DNA of 64,000 bases. Origin: a virus. The number at the start of each line of letters is the position of its first letter. Within the stretch, counting starts at the first letter, position 1. Positions 1 through 9,231 of the stretch are shown here, piece by piece. The stretch is from positions 72,280 through 136,279 of the IMG/VR virus record IMGVR_UViG_3300032284_002843; one strand, given 5' to 3'. Below the pieces are notes generated by a model. The model had not been told where the DNA came from and did no database searches. It worked only from the letters and a program-made list of their open reading frames with translations. The position numbers and the translations under genes are program-made.

Positions 1-37
1 AAATTGTATATCATAAACTAACCAAAGGTTACTAGCT

Positions 38-295
38 ATGAGCTTAAGAAACATTCAAATCAATCCTACATTTGATCCAAACTCTTTTGAACCTATATTA
101 TGTTTTATGGTAAAGAAAGAAGATACAGTGGTTTTCTCTGAACAGCTCGTATTACAAATATCGGGAGATTATCCCATTGAAAATCCCATAGATACCACTC
201 TAAATATTTTAAATAGCTTGCTAGTAGGACAAGGAGAGCCACCATTAACTACTGAAGAAATCGTTTTATACAAACTTACTAAGGATTATCAATGA
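38..295 (+). CDS. hypothetical phage protein
   Basis: 85-aa ORF, overlaps the next ORF (ATGA). Confidence 0.6.
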   Translation: MSLRNIQINPTFDPNSFEPILCFMVKKEDTVVFSEQLVLQISGDYPIENPIDTTLNILNSLLVGQGEPPLTTEEIVLYKLTKDYQ

Positions 296-516
296 GCACA
301 TCACCACTTGAGGCGTTTATTAAAAAATATCAAACAGCAAAAAGCTATAATAGTAAAGAAATACGATTAACAGTTGCAGAAGCGGAAGAACTTAGCACTG
401 CTATTGCATTAGCACTAAGTAAAATTGCTAACAACCAAGACAAAATAATAGAATTGCAGGAAAGACTTTTAGACAAATCATTAGAAGTTGATATCAGCGG
501 TGGTGGTTTTCGTTGA
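292..516 (+). CDS. hypothetical phage protein (coiled coil)
   Basis: 74-aa ORF with AAGGA SD; translationally coupled to the upstream ORF. Confidence 0.7.
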   Translation: MSTSPLEAFIKKYQTAKSYNSKEIRLTVAEAEELSTAIALALSKIANNQDKIIELQERLLDKSLEVDISGGGFR

Positions 517-540
517 CAGATTCTAAGTTTTATGTAACTT
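513..540 (+). promoter_or_regulatory. sigma70-like promoter
   Basis: TTGACA-16-TAACTT preceded by TG; ATG lies 6 nt downstream. Confidence 0.55.
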
Positions 541-546
541 AGATAT

Positions 547-1158
547 ATGCAAGACTATACAATAAGATTTAAACCTTTAGCAGATTCTAATATGATAAAT
601 CTGCTTGATGATATAGGTATTAAAACCAATATAGAAACAGGGCCTTGGATATCAGGTGGTACGGCTAGGCGTCTCTGGTTTAATGAACCTTGGCAAAACG
701 CTGATATAGATTTGTTTTTTCAAGATGAAGCTAGCTTTAGTCTAGTTTCAAGCAATCTATGGCTGTATGCAAATGCCCATAATCAAGAAACACCACACAT
801 AACAAAAAATGCTGTGACTTATAAATTTGAATACAAAGGTCAGGAACTCAAGATTCAGTGTATCAATAAAAAATATCACAGAGATATAATTGATGTTTGG
901 GAAACCTTTGACTGGACTGTTTGCTGCTTTGCCGTTGCAGATAATATCATAATGGCTAGCAATCTTGCATTAACAGATTGTAGGGACAAAATACTGAGAA
1001 TGGTGCCTAACAGCACACGTAAAATAGACGGCAGGCGTGTTACCAAATATGGAATTTATGGTTTTAACCCAACTAAAAACATTCTGCAAGAACTTTGTAA
1101 GCAACGAACAGAACAAATAATCACACAAAATTGGGCAAATGAAGATGATTATACCTAA
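547..1158 (+). CDS. nucleotidyltransferase, tRNA-NTase/poly(A) polymerase head-like
   Basis: ISGGTARR...ADIDLFF (GG..R + DxD) and FDWTVCCFA resemble Pol-beta superfamily class II NTase motifs. Confidence 0.7.
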   Translation: MQDYTIRFKPLADSNMINLLDDIGIKTNIETGPWISGGTARRLWFNEPWQNADIDLFFQDEASFSLVSSNLWLYANAHNQETPHITKNAVTYKFEYKGQELKIQCINKKYHRDIIDVWETFDWTVCCFAVADNIIMASNLALTDCRDKILRMVPNSTRKIDGRRVTKYGIYGFNPTKNILQELCKQRTEQIITQNWANEDDYT

Positions 1159-1495
1159 AGAGCTAGAAGAACTGCGTGTTTATAGTCTGTTAAGCGATCA
1201 GCTACATTACATTGATATCAATGGTGACAAATATGCTTGCTTCGCGGGCTATAACATACCATATTGTATGGTTGGTTCATTTTTAATCTGGGCATGGACA
1301 GGCAGTAAAGTGTACACGAAGCTTTACAAAGAATCTGAGATGGTAGAAATTCTTCAAAAGCTAAATCAACACGACCAACATATAACCAATACACCAAAGG
1401 AAGCTGCATGGTATTTGACAAATAAACTGAGAACTATCATGCAAACTTGGGAGCCGCATCATTTTGATGACGTTTTTGAGAAGGCTTTGGTGTAG
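1139..1495 (+). CDS. hypothetical protein
   Basis: 118-aa ORF in an operon. Confidence 0.65.
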   Translation: MKMIIPKELEELRVYSLLSDQLHYIDINGDKYACFAGYNIPYCMVGSFLIWAWTGSKVYTKLYKESEMVEILQKLNQHDQHITNTPKEAAWYLTNKLRTIMQTWEPHHFDDVFEKALV

Positions 1496-1536
1496 TTTTA
1501 CCGCAACTCTTTAGATAAATACATCTGGAGAGTAAG

Positions 1537-1830
1537 ATGAGTCGACCAAAACCAAAAATTTTATTGGAAAATACTGATGCTGCTACCTACAAAAGCGAAC
1601 AAATTTTGGATGCCGAAGGTATCTACGCAGTTTTTTACCAAGGTAAACCAATAAATCTACGTAGTATCAACAAGTTAGTTGACTATCCAGGTCCCAAATA
1701 TAGAAAAACATCATTTAGCAATCCAGGACATGCACATAATCTTGCTGAAAAGCTGAACACTATGTTTAAAACTGATCAGTTTGCAGTATATCTATTAACA
1801 AATGGCACGATTATTAAAGAAAATGCCTAA
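1537..1830 (+). CDS. phage hypothetical protein, probably late-expressed
   Basis: GGAG SD; GATAAATA late-type box upstream. Confidence 0.75.
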   Translation: MSRPKPKILLENTDAATYKSEQILDAEGIYAVFYQGKPINLRSINKLVDYPGPKYRKTSFSNPGHAHNLAEKLNTMFKTDQFAVYLLTNGTIIKENA

Positions 1831-2236
1831 CAATCTCAAATACTTACAAACCGCATGGACAAATAGAGACGAATTTGTAGCGTGTGTACTTGCTGATCCT
1901 GAATTTTTACCATTAGTAAAGCCGGCTCTACCAAATCGAGATGATTTTCTTGTTTCAAAAAACGACTGGGTTAGGCATATGTTTATGCCCAGTGGCTGGC
2001 AGTTAAGCACGTTTGGCTGTGCCATCCTAATGCGTGCATATCAATCGTGGCGAATTGTTGGGCCAACTAAAGATAATTTAACAGGTAAGTTGGTTGTAAA
2101 CATGAATAAAATGTTTAATGGCCCGTGGTATTGTAATACCACTGCATTATATGTTTGGGATCAAAAACTACATTGCGAACTACAAATGTTCAATGGCGAT
2201 TTAAATCTTTATATTAATGCTTATTTGCCCGCTTAA
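1823..2236 (+). CDS. hypothetical protein
   Basis: ORF; start placed at ATG 1823, which overlaps the upstream gene end. Confidence 0.65.
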   Translation: MPNNLKYLQTAWTNRDEFVACVLADPEFLPLVKPALPNRDDFLVSKNDWVRHMFMPSGWQLSTFGCAILMRAYQSWRIVGPTKDNLTGKLVVNMNKMFNGPWYCNTTALYVWDQKLHCELQMFNGDLNLYINAYLPA

Positions 2237-2274
2237 AAAATCCAAAAAATTTTAAACATTTTCGCATTTTTCAG

Positions 2275-2303
2275 TTGATCTGCTATTGCACCTATGTTAT
2301 TCT
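2275..2303 (+). promoter_or_regulatory. sigma70-like promoter
   Basis: TTGATC-17-TATTCT upstream of the ATPase gene. Confidence 0.55.
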
Positions 2304-2341
2304 CCATAACACATTAACTTAACTGAAAGGGTGTTTTATAT

Positions 2342-3541
2342 ATGGCTAAGTCCAGTAACAAGATTGTAGAGCTGGGTTCTGTTAATCCCAGCCGACTTAA
2401 GATTGCTATTCAGCATTGTATCAATCGCAAGCGTCCGCTTTTTATCTGGGGTCAGCCTGGTATTGGCAAGTCGGAGCTTGTTGCAGAAGTTGCCCGGCAG
2501 CAGAATCGTCCGCTGATTGACATTCGTCTTCCGCTTATGGAGCCTACCGATATTCGTGGTATTCCGTATCTTGCCGATGTTAAGATTTACAACAGCAAGG
2601 GTGAGCTGGTTAAGGATGACCAAGGCGTGCCCATCACTAACAAAGAGTTCCGTTGGAGCACCCCCAGCGATCTACCCACCGACGAAGCTAGCCGAGCACT
2701 GGTATTTTTCGATGAGATGAGCGCTGCTCCTCCTAGCGTGCAGGCTGCTACTTACCAGATTATCCTTAACCGTCGAATTGGCAACTATCAGCTGCCCGAC
2801 GAAGTGGTAATTGTTGCTGCAGGCAATCGTGTTAAGGACAAGGGCGTTGCTTATAACATGCCGCTGCCGCTGGCCAATCGTTTCTCCCATCTTACCCTGG
2901 AAGTTAATACAGACGATTGGAAGGAGTGGGCAACGCTGAATCGTATTCACAAGGATGTTGTTGGTTACATCAGCTTCCAGCCTGGCGACCTCAATGGCTT
3001 CAATCCTAGCTCGGAAGGCTATGCGTTTGCTACGCCGCGCAGCTGGTACTTCGTCAGCGATCTGCTGCAGGAGAAGAACGAAGACGGCAAGTGGGTTGAC
3101 ACTACTCTGCCCGACGACGTTCTTGGAGATCTAGTCCGTGGTACCGTAGGCGAAGGCCCTGGTACCAAGTTTATGACCTATCGTAAACAGGCTGCAAACC
3201 TGCCGCATGCTAAGGACGTACTGAACGGAAAGATTACCACGCTCAAGAATAGGCAGATTGACGTCTGTTACGCTCTTACCACAGCATTGTGCTATGAGCT
3301 GAAGGATACCAGTGATCGGTGTGCCAAGCTTGCACAGCAGGGAGAAAAGAAGCCTTGGCTTGAATTTAACAAGCAGACTGATGTGTTTTTGCGGTTTATC
3401 ATGGATAACTTCGAAGACGAACTGGCTGTAATGGGAACAAGGACCATTCTTGGTACCTATAAGCTACCAGTTCAGGCACCTGAACTGAAGAATTGGAAAG
3501 AATTCGTAGCTCGTTACGCTGACATTCTTCCCAACATGTAA
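2342..3541 (+). CDS. MoxR-like (dynein-related) AAA+ ATPase
   Basis: Walker A GQPGIGKS, Walker B VFFDE, sensor AAGN, Arg finger LANRF, TPRSW. Confidence 0.9.
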   Translation: MAKSSNKIVELGSVNPSRLKIAIQHCINRKRPLFIWGQPGIGKSELVAEVARQQNRPLIDIRLPLMEPTDIRGIPYLADVKIYNSKGELVKDDQGVPITNKEFRWSTPSDLPTDEASRALVFFDEMSAAPPSVQAATYQIILNRRIGNYQLPDEVVIVAAGNRVKDKGVAYNMPLPLANRFSHLTLEVNTDDWKEWATLNRIHKDVVGYISFQPGDLNGFNPSSEGYAFATPRSWYFVSDLLQEKNEDGKWVDTTLPDDVLGDLVRGTVGEGPGTKFMTYRKQAANLPHAKDVLNGKITTLKNRQIDVCYALTTALCYELKDTSDRCAKLAQQGEKKPWLEFNKQTDVFLRFIMDNFEDELAVMGTRTILGTYKLPVQAPELKNWKEFVARYADILPNM

Positions 3542-3547
3542 ATGGCC

Positions 3548-3583
3548 AGAGCAGTGAGTGTGGCAGACTCACTGCTCTTTTTT
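3548..3583 (+). terminator. intrinsic terminator-like hairpin between the ATPase and VWA genes
   Basis: 12-bp stem AGAGCAGTGAGT/ACTCACTGCTCT followed by a T run. Confidence 0.7.
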
Positions 3584-3596
3584 AGGAGATAGAAAA

Positions 3597-4850
3597 ATGA
3601 TTCCTGCTCGTAGTCAAGTTGAAACTTTAATTAAACAGGCAAAAATTCGACTGCTGTTTAACAACCCATTCTTTGGCACGCTTATTATGCATCTTCCTCT
3701 ACAGGACGTAACTGATGCTGGCTGGTGCCCTACTGCTGCAGTAGATGGACGGTATATCTACTACAACCGCAACTTTTTTGCCAAGCTAAACGTTGATGAA
3801 ATTATGTTTGTGCTGTGTCACGAGGTTCTGCACGTAGCGTTTGATCATTTTGGACGTCGTAGTCATCGTGATCCACACTGGTGGAATATGGCTAACGATT
3901 ATGTTATCAATGGTCTGCTAGTTAAGGACCACATTGGTAAAATGCCAACTGTGAAAGTTCCAGTTGAGGATAACAGCGGCGGTAAAAAGACCACTAGCCA
4001 GCGTGTTGGTCTCTATGAAGAAAAGTACGTCGGTTGGACCAGTGAAGCTGTTTACGATGATCTTGAAAAGCGTAAGGTCAAGAAAGAACTGACTCTGGAC
4101 GTTCATCTTGAAGCTGGTAAGGATGGTAAGAACAGCAAGAACGGTATTCCTATCGACATCAGCGATGACGAGCTTAGACAGATTCGTGAAGCGATTAAAG
4201 GCAAAGTGCTGCAGGCAGCTAATGCGGCTGCAGGTAAACTTCCTGCTAGCCTGAAGCGTTTTATCGATGAACTAGTAGAGCCCAAAGTTAACTGGCGCGA
4301 TCTACTTCGTCAGAGCATTCAAAGCTGCATCACCGACGACTTTACCTGGCAGAGGCCAAATCGTCGACACATGAATAGCGGAATTTTTCTTCCTACACTT
4401 AAGAAGGATGAAACCATTGACATTCAAATCGCTATTGACATGAGTGGTTCTATTAGCGACGAAATGGGCAAGGACTTTTTGAGCGAAGTTTATGGTATTA
4501 TGCAACAATATCATGACTTTAAGATCGGTGTTATGACATTTGACACTGCTCCGTATGGCTACAAGGAGTTCACCAAGGATAACCAGGACGAGTTGCTGAG
4601 TTATAAGCTGGAGGGCGGCGGCGGCACTGACTTTGATGCTTTCTGGGATTACTGGAAGGACAACAAAATTGAGCCTAAGCTAGCTGTAGTGTTTACCGAC
4701 GGATTTCCGTTTGGTAGCTGGGGCCCAGATAACTATGCAGATACTCTGTGGGTTATCACCGAAGGAGCTAAGACTCGCGTAACTCCGCCATTTGGCCGTT
4801 ATGCTTACTACGAAAATGGTAAGGGTATTGAGGAAGTTGGCGAAGTATGA
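3597..4850 (+). CDS. metallopeptidase-like (HExxH) + VWA-like domain protein (DUF2201 type), partner of the AAA ATPase
   Basis: TAAVDG, HEVLH, N.A.DY.IN; MIDAS DMSGS, GGGTDF, FTDG; AGGAG SD. Confidence 0.88.
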   Translation: MIPARSQVETLIKQAKIRLLFNNPFFGTLIMHLPLQDVTDAGWCPTAAVDGRYIYYNRNFFAKLNVDEIMFVLCHEVLHVAFDHFGRRSHRDPHWWNMANDYVINGLLVKDHIGKMPTVKVPVEDNSGGKKTTSQRVGLYEEKYVGWTSEAVYDDLEKRKVKKELTLDVHLEAGKDGKNSKNGIPIDISDDELRQIREAIKGKVLQAANAAAGKLPASLKRFIDELVEPKVNWRDLLRQSIQSCITDDFTWQRPNRRHMNSGIFLPTLKKDETIDIQIAIDMSGSISDEMGKDFLSEVYGIMQQYHDFKIGVMTFDTAPYGYKEFTKDNQDELLSYKLEGGGGTDFDAFWDYWKDNKIEPKLAVVFTDGFPFGSWGPDNYADTLWVITEGAKTRVTPPFGRYAYYENGKGIEEVGEV

Positions 4851-5155
4851 TCCGAGTAAATTTACATTCAAATAACAGACGGGGAAAACTCCCCGTCTGG
4901 ATTGTCAAACTTATAAACGTATTTCTCGAAAAGTTTGCTGAGGAATATGATGTCAAAACTGGCGATGCATACAGATACCATTTTGAGGATGTGAGACGAT
5001 TAGAAAGATTGAAAAAACTGTTTGAAGATAACAATATAACAGTCGATACGTATAATATGGAAGAACTACCAAGTTGGGGCCTACTTATTCCGCATGATAA
5101 TGAACTGGTAGTAGAATACATCCTAAAATACGGAACTGAAAAAGAAGAAACTTGA
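4847..5155 (+). CDS. hypothetical protein
   Basis: 102-aa ORF overlapping the VWA stop. Confidence 0.6.
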   Translation: MIRVNLHSNNRRGKLPVWIVKLINVFLEKFAEEYDVKTGDAYRYHFEDVRRLERLKKLFEDNNITVDTYNMEELPSWGLLIPHDNELVVEYILKYGTEKEET

Positions 5156-5203
5156 TAAACTCACATTTATAATCTAAACTATACAAGTTTTTGGAGATTA
5201 TAA

Positions 5204-5479
5204 ATGTCATCACCCAGTGATTTTAGTACACAACTCGGAGATTTAACAGCTCAGCTAGCAGGAATGGTAGCGGAACGTTTGGCATGGGCTACACGCAGCA
5301 TAGATCCAAACAAGCGTAGGCAAATACTAGAAATGATTGAAGGGCAACTTCCAGACATCATTGCTAATAGCATAGCTAAAAGTCCAAGTTTGCACAGTGC
5401 CAAAGGTGTTGAATATTTTGAAAAAAATATTGAACAAATGGCCGAATCATATGTTCAAAAGTTCGTAGGAAAAATCTAA
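5204..5479 (+). CDS. hypothetical protein
   Basis: 91-aa ORF with GGAG SD. Confidence 0.7.
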   Translation: MSSPSDFSTQLGDLTAQLAGMVAERLAWATRSIDPNKRRQILEMIEGQLPDIIANSIAKSPSLHSAKGVEYFEKNIEQMAESYVQKFVGKI

Positions 5480-5487
5480 ATAAGTGT

Positions 5488-5736
5488 ATGCAAAAAGATT
5501 TGCGTGAAATTACGCTTAAAGTTCCTTTCCCGGGGAATCCAAAATCGGCAAGTGAAACTTGGATTACATTGCTAGAGCAATGGCTGAGCTGTAATTTCAA
5601 AGGTTACACCGTAACTGTTACACAGGATTCATATCAACGAAATACAGATATTAAAATCAATTTTGCCAATATAGAAGATGCAACCTTTTTCAAATTAAAA
5701 TACTATCAAGAAAATGACTGTAAATATACCATCTAA
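5488..5736 (+). CDS. hypothetical protein
   Basis: 82-aa ORF ending in an F...EDATFFKLKY-type small phage protein motif. Confidence 0.6.
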   Translation: MQKDLREITLKVPFPGNPKSASETWITLLEQWLSCNFKGYTVTVTQDSYQRNTDIKINFANIEDATFFKLKYYQENDCKYTI

Positions 5737-6097
5737 TCAACGACAAGAAGATTGTAACATGGCAAATAAAGGACCATTTGATAGATCATATACATTTACA
5801 GTTGACGCTAAATGGATCAAAAAAGATTGGTCTGATGAAGAAAAAACTCTGCTGAGACCCATAGCAGAAACACTGGCTATGTTAGATGGCAATGCTTTTT
5901 TCTTACATATATTGCCCGACGGTAGAGAATGGTATGAGCAATATCTCGCAGAAGCTGCTACTGTATTCTACGAAAACGGTGGCCAGACAGGTTGTGCAGG
6001 CGCCGCTAGTTGGGTTTTAGAACAAAAACACGAAAATGATGCAGTGAAAGAAGCATATAAAAATTGGAAAACTATTAAAATTCTTAGTAAGGAATAA
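5714..6097 (+). CDS. hypothetical protein
   Basis: ORF; alternative start at 5759. Confidence 0.6.
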   Translation: MTVNIPSNQRQEDCNMANKGPFDRSYTFTVDAKWIKKDWSDEEKTLLRPIAETLAMLDGNAFFLHILPDGREWYEQYLAEAATVFYENGGQTGCAGAASWVLEQKHENDAVKEAYKNWKTIKILSKE

Positions 6098-6176
6098 TTT
6101 CTTTATCATTCTCTTGCATTTTATCAAAATATCCGTATTGTGTAAATATGCTGCAGTGCACAATAAGGAGAGAAGA

Positions 6177-6338
6177 ATGAAAATAATCAAAAAACTTGTT
6201 AAAAAAATCAAAAATCGTAGATTGGTTAGATGCCAAGATGACAGTTTGAGAACATTTTTTAGAAGTGAGTATAAGAAAAACGCCGATGCTGCATTTTGGT
6301 ATTGGAAAACTATGAATGATCTAAACTACCATCGCTAA
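6177..6338 (+). CDS. small basic hypothetical protein
   Basis: TAAGGAG SD before ATG 6177; TTGCAT-16-TATTGT promoter-like sequence upstream. Confidence 0.6.
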   Translation: MKIIKKLVKKIKNRRLVRCQDDSLRTFFRSEYKKNADAAFWYWKTMNDLNYHR

Positions 6339-6389
6339 TTGACATATCACCTGCATAACAAATATGCTTGCTAGACAAGGAGATTGTAT

Positions 6390-6830
6390 ATGCAGGTTGA
6401 TTTGTTAAAGTATCAAGAGTTTGTAGAAGCTGTAACCAGCAAAGAAAGTAATAATCTAACAGCATTATCTGATAGAATGTTACAACTGCATCATAACTTA
6501 GTGCAAGGTAAGGATGGAAACCTTGAAAATGGCCCAAAAATAAATGTACCATTGCTTCTAACGGCTGGATTAGGATTAGGTAGTGAAGGCGGCGAATTCC
6601 AAGAAATCATAAAGAAAGTATTTTTCCAAGGCAAGCCATTAAACGAAGAAAACGTTTTTCATATGAAGCGCGAGCTCGGTGATATAATTTTTTATTGGAT
6701 AAATGCATGCCGTGCATTAAATCTTGATCCAAATGATGTTATTCAGGAAAATGTTACTAAACTATCGGCTAGATATCCAAAAGGTTTCAGCGTTGACCGC
6801 TCAGAAAACAGAGAAAAGGGCGATATCTAA
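6390..6830 (+). CDS. mazG: MazG-like NTP pyrophosphohydrolase
   Basis: EGGEFQEIIKK...RELGDIIFY...NVTKLSARYP all-alpha NTP-PPase motif. Confidence 0.88.
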   Translation: MQVDLLKYQEFVEAVTSKESNNLTALSDRMLQLHHNLVQGKDGNLENGPKINVPLLLTAGLGLGSEGGEFQEIIKKVFFQGKPLNEENVFHMKRELGDIIFYWINACRALNLDPNDVIQENVTKLSARYPKGFSVDRSENREKGDI

Positions 6831-6839
6831 TCTAAAATA

Positions 6840-6874
6840 TCTCCCTGTTCAACTATAAATAATGAACAGGGAGA
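6840..6874 (+). promoter_or_regulatory. T4-type late promoter TATAAATA in the loop of an RBS-occluding hairpin
   Basis: 12-bp perfect stem TCTCCCTGTTCA/TGAACAGGGAGA with loop ACTATAAATAA; SD lies in the 3' arm. Confidence 0.8.
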
Positions 6875-6880
6875 ATTTAT

Positions 6881-7799
6881 ATGGCTAAAAAATTAACCAC
6901 CGAACAATTTTTGGAAAGAATAAAGGTACGATTTCCAGATATGTTCAATGAAAACGATTATAACGAAACCGTCTATGTAAACATAGCAACTAAAGTTTCA
7001 GTTAGATGCAAAAAACATGGTTTATTCCAAGTATGGCCCGGCGATCATATGAGTGGGATGTTTGGATGTAAAATATGTATTCAAAATAAAAGAAAAGAAA
7101 CCAATATTAAAAAAATATGGCGTTGATAATATCTTTAAACGAACCGATATTATTAGAAATTCTATGATAAACAAACATGGTGTACCAAATCCTGGATTAT
7201 TAAACGATCATGTTGATAAAATCAAAAAGACTAATTTAGAAAAATACGGCACTATATGGGTGGCTCAAACAGAAGAAGCAAAAGCTGCAAGACGAGAAAC
7301 AAATTTGAAAAAATATGGGTATGAAGTTCCTACTAAAAATAAATTAATCTCTGCTAAAATTATACAAACAAAAATAGCAAACGGCGGCTTTACTAAATCT
7401 AATAGTAGTATGGAAGCAACTAACTTCATTAAATCGTATATACATAACAAAAAATACGATAATGATCAATGTGCATATGCCAACGAAGAGTTGGGCTTAC
7501 ATGAATGGGGAATTTATAAAAACGGACGATGGGTTCTTTTTGATCTTGTTGTTTTTCAAAAAGGATATCGAGGAGACAAAGATAAAATAATTGAAATATT
7601 AGAATATCACGGACCGTTTCATTACACATTAGAAGAGGCTAATGAATTTGGGGATAAAAAAGCATTTCCTTGGAAAACAAATAAGACAACAATAAAAGAA
7701 AGCTACCTACGCGATTTAGAAAAAGAAAAAATTGCTCAATCTCTTACAAATAATTATACGGTAATAAGAACCCGACACGGGAATATAAAAATTTCATAG
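6881..7799 (+). pseudogene. free-standing homing endonuclease-like gene split by a 1-nt frameshift
   Basis: ORF1 has a C..HG.F...P..H....GC..C zinc module. ORF2 has TNL.KYG repeats and a PD-(D/E)xK-like end (FDL...ILEYHGPFH). Removing one A from the A7 run at 7109-7115 restores ETNIKKYGVDN. Confidence 0.7.
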
Positions 7800-7855
7800 T
7801 GCCTCTTGATTTTTTGAAAAATATTTTTATATTATTCAAAAAAAAAGGAGGTACT

Positions 7856-8020
7856 ATGAATATTATTATAGATAAAACTCCTGAACAGTTACAGGAGACT
7901 TATCGTCGTATGTTAACAACACTTGAATATGGTGGATCAGTCAATCCTAAAATTTTACATGAGATTGAGCTGCGCTTAAAAGAAACCGAACCGTTAAAAC
8001 AACCTACGTTAAATAGTTGA
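7856..8020 (+). CDS. small hypothetical protein
   Basis: AAGGAGGT SD before ATG 7856. Confidence 0.6.
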   Translation: MNIIIDKTPEQLQETYRRMLTTLEYGGSVNPKILHEIELRLKETEPLKQPTLNS

Positions 8021-8742
8021 TGGTAGCAAATAATTTTATTACTTTTTATAAAAACGGTGAAGAGACTATTAAACCAAAGATCCAACATTTGTTAGATATA
8101 TTTGATAGGGTCAAAGAAAGTCCTATGACAAAAACATGCGAAGCGATGGATAGACACGGGTCTAATAAAAACCATCGCCAGCATGTAATATACACACCAT
8201 TTTATGATGCATTATTTGCAAACTTAAACCCATCTGGGGTTTTAGAGTTTGGTATAGGAAGTCAAGATCCAACTATCGCATTTAGTATGAACGGACAAGC
8301 GTGTATTCCTGGTGGTAGTTTACGAGCATGGAAAGAATTATTCCCCAATGCAGAAATATTTGGTGCAGATATTGATAAAAATTGTTTGTTTAAAGAAGAC
8401 AGAATATCAACATATTACGTTAATGCATTGGAATCAATTTCTACAGACCAGTTATGGGAATACATTACAACAGATCATCCAAATATTAATATACAACTAA
8501 TCATAGACGATGCATATCATAGCTTAGATGCTAATTTAACATTACTCAATCATAGTATAGATCATTTGGCCAACAACGGATGGTATGTAATTGAAGATAT
8601 TAACAGAGATAAACCTGCACATATCAATGGAATTAAAGAATGGTTGCAAAATCATAATTATGATGCCGTAGTTTTAGATATTCCAAACAACACCAATACT
8701 AGCTGTTGCTGCATGGCTGTTATACACAAAACAAACTGTTGA
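8020..8742 (+). CDS. class I SAM-dependent methyltransferase-like (sugar O-methyltransferase type)
   Basis: VLEFGIG...GGSLRAW...FGADID...IIDDAYH...YVIEDI. Confidence 0.75.
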   Translation: MVANNFITFYKNGEETIKPKIQHLLDIFDRVKESPMTKTCEAMDRHGSNKNHRQHVIYTPFYDALFANLNPSGVLEFGIGSQDPTIAFSMNGQACIPGGSLRAWKELFPNAEIFGADIDKNCLFKEDRISTYYVNALESISTDQLWEYITTDHPNINIQLIIDDAYHSLDANLTLLNHSIDHLANNGWYVIEDINRDKPAHINGIKEWLQNHNYDAVVLDIPNNTNTSCCCMAVIHKTNC

Positions 8743-8767
8743 CGCATGTTGTATTGCATGCTATAGT
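8739..8767 (+). promoter_or_regulatory. sigma70-like promoter
   Basis: TTGACG-17-TATAGT; ATG lies 5 nt downstream. Confidence 0.7.
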
Positions 8768-8772
8768 ACAGC

Positions 8773-9231
8773 ATGAATACATTTCCAGATACAATCATCT
8801 TCGACATAGACGGTACCCTGGCCAACTGTGAGCACAGAATCCATTGGGTTCGCAGCAAGCCAAAAAACTGGCCTGCCTTTAATAGAGCCATGAAAAACGA
8901 TACTCCAAATTGGGATATTGTGTGGCTTTTAAGAGGCTTTTTTGCACAAGGTGTAAAAATCCTTATTGCTAGCGGTCGCAGCGAAGATGATCGTGCGGTC
9001 ACTGAAACCTGGCTGAACGAAGTAGCTAAGGTTCAAGGCATGTATGAGAAGCTATACATGCGAGCTAGCAAGGATTACAGAAGTGACGACATTGTTAAGA
9101 GTGAAATTCTTGACCAAATGCGTGCCGATGGTTTTAACCCTACTATGGCTATAGACGACAGATCAACTGTTGTAAACATGTGGCGCAGTCGTGGACTACG
9201 CTGCCTGCAGGTTGCACCGGGCGACTTCTAA
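8773..9231 (+). CDS. HAD-family polynucleotide 3'-phosphatase (PseT C-terminal domain-like)
   Basis: FDIDGTLA, SGR, MR...D.R.D..VK, IDDR, CLQVAPGDF. Confidence 0.85.
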   Translation: MNTFPDTIIFDIDGTLANCEHRIHWVRSKPKNWPAFNRAMKNDTPNWDIVWLLRGFFAQGVKILIASGRSEDDRAVTETWLNEVAKVQGMYEKLYMRASKDYRSDDIVKSEILDQMRADGFNPTMAIDDRSTVVNMWRSRGLRCLQVAPGDF

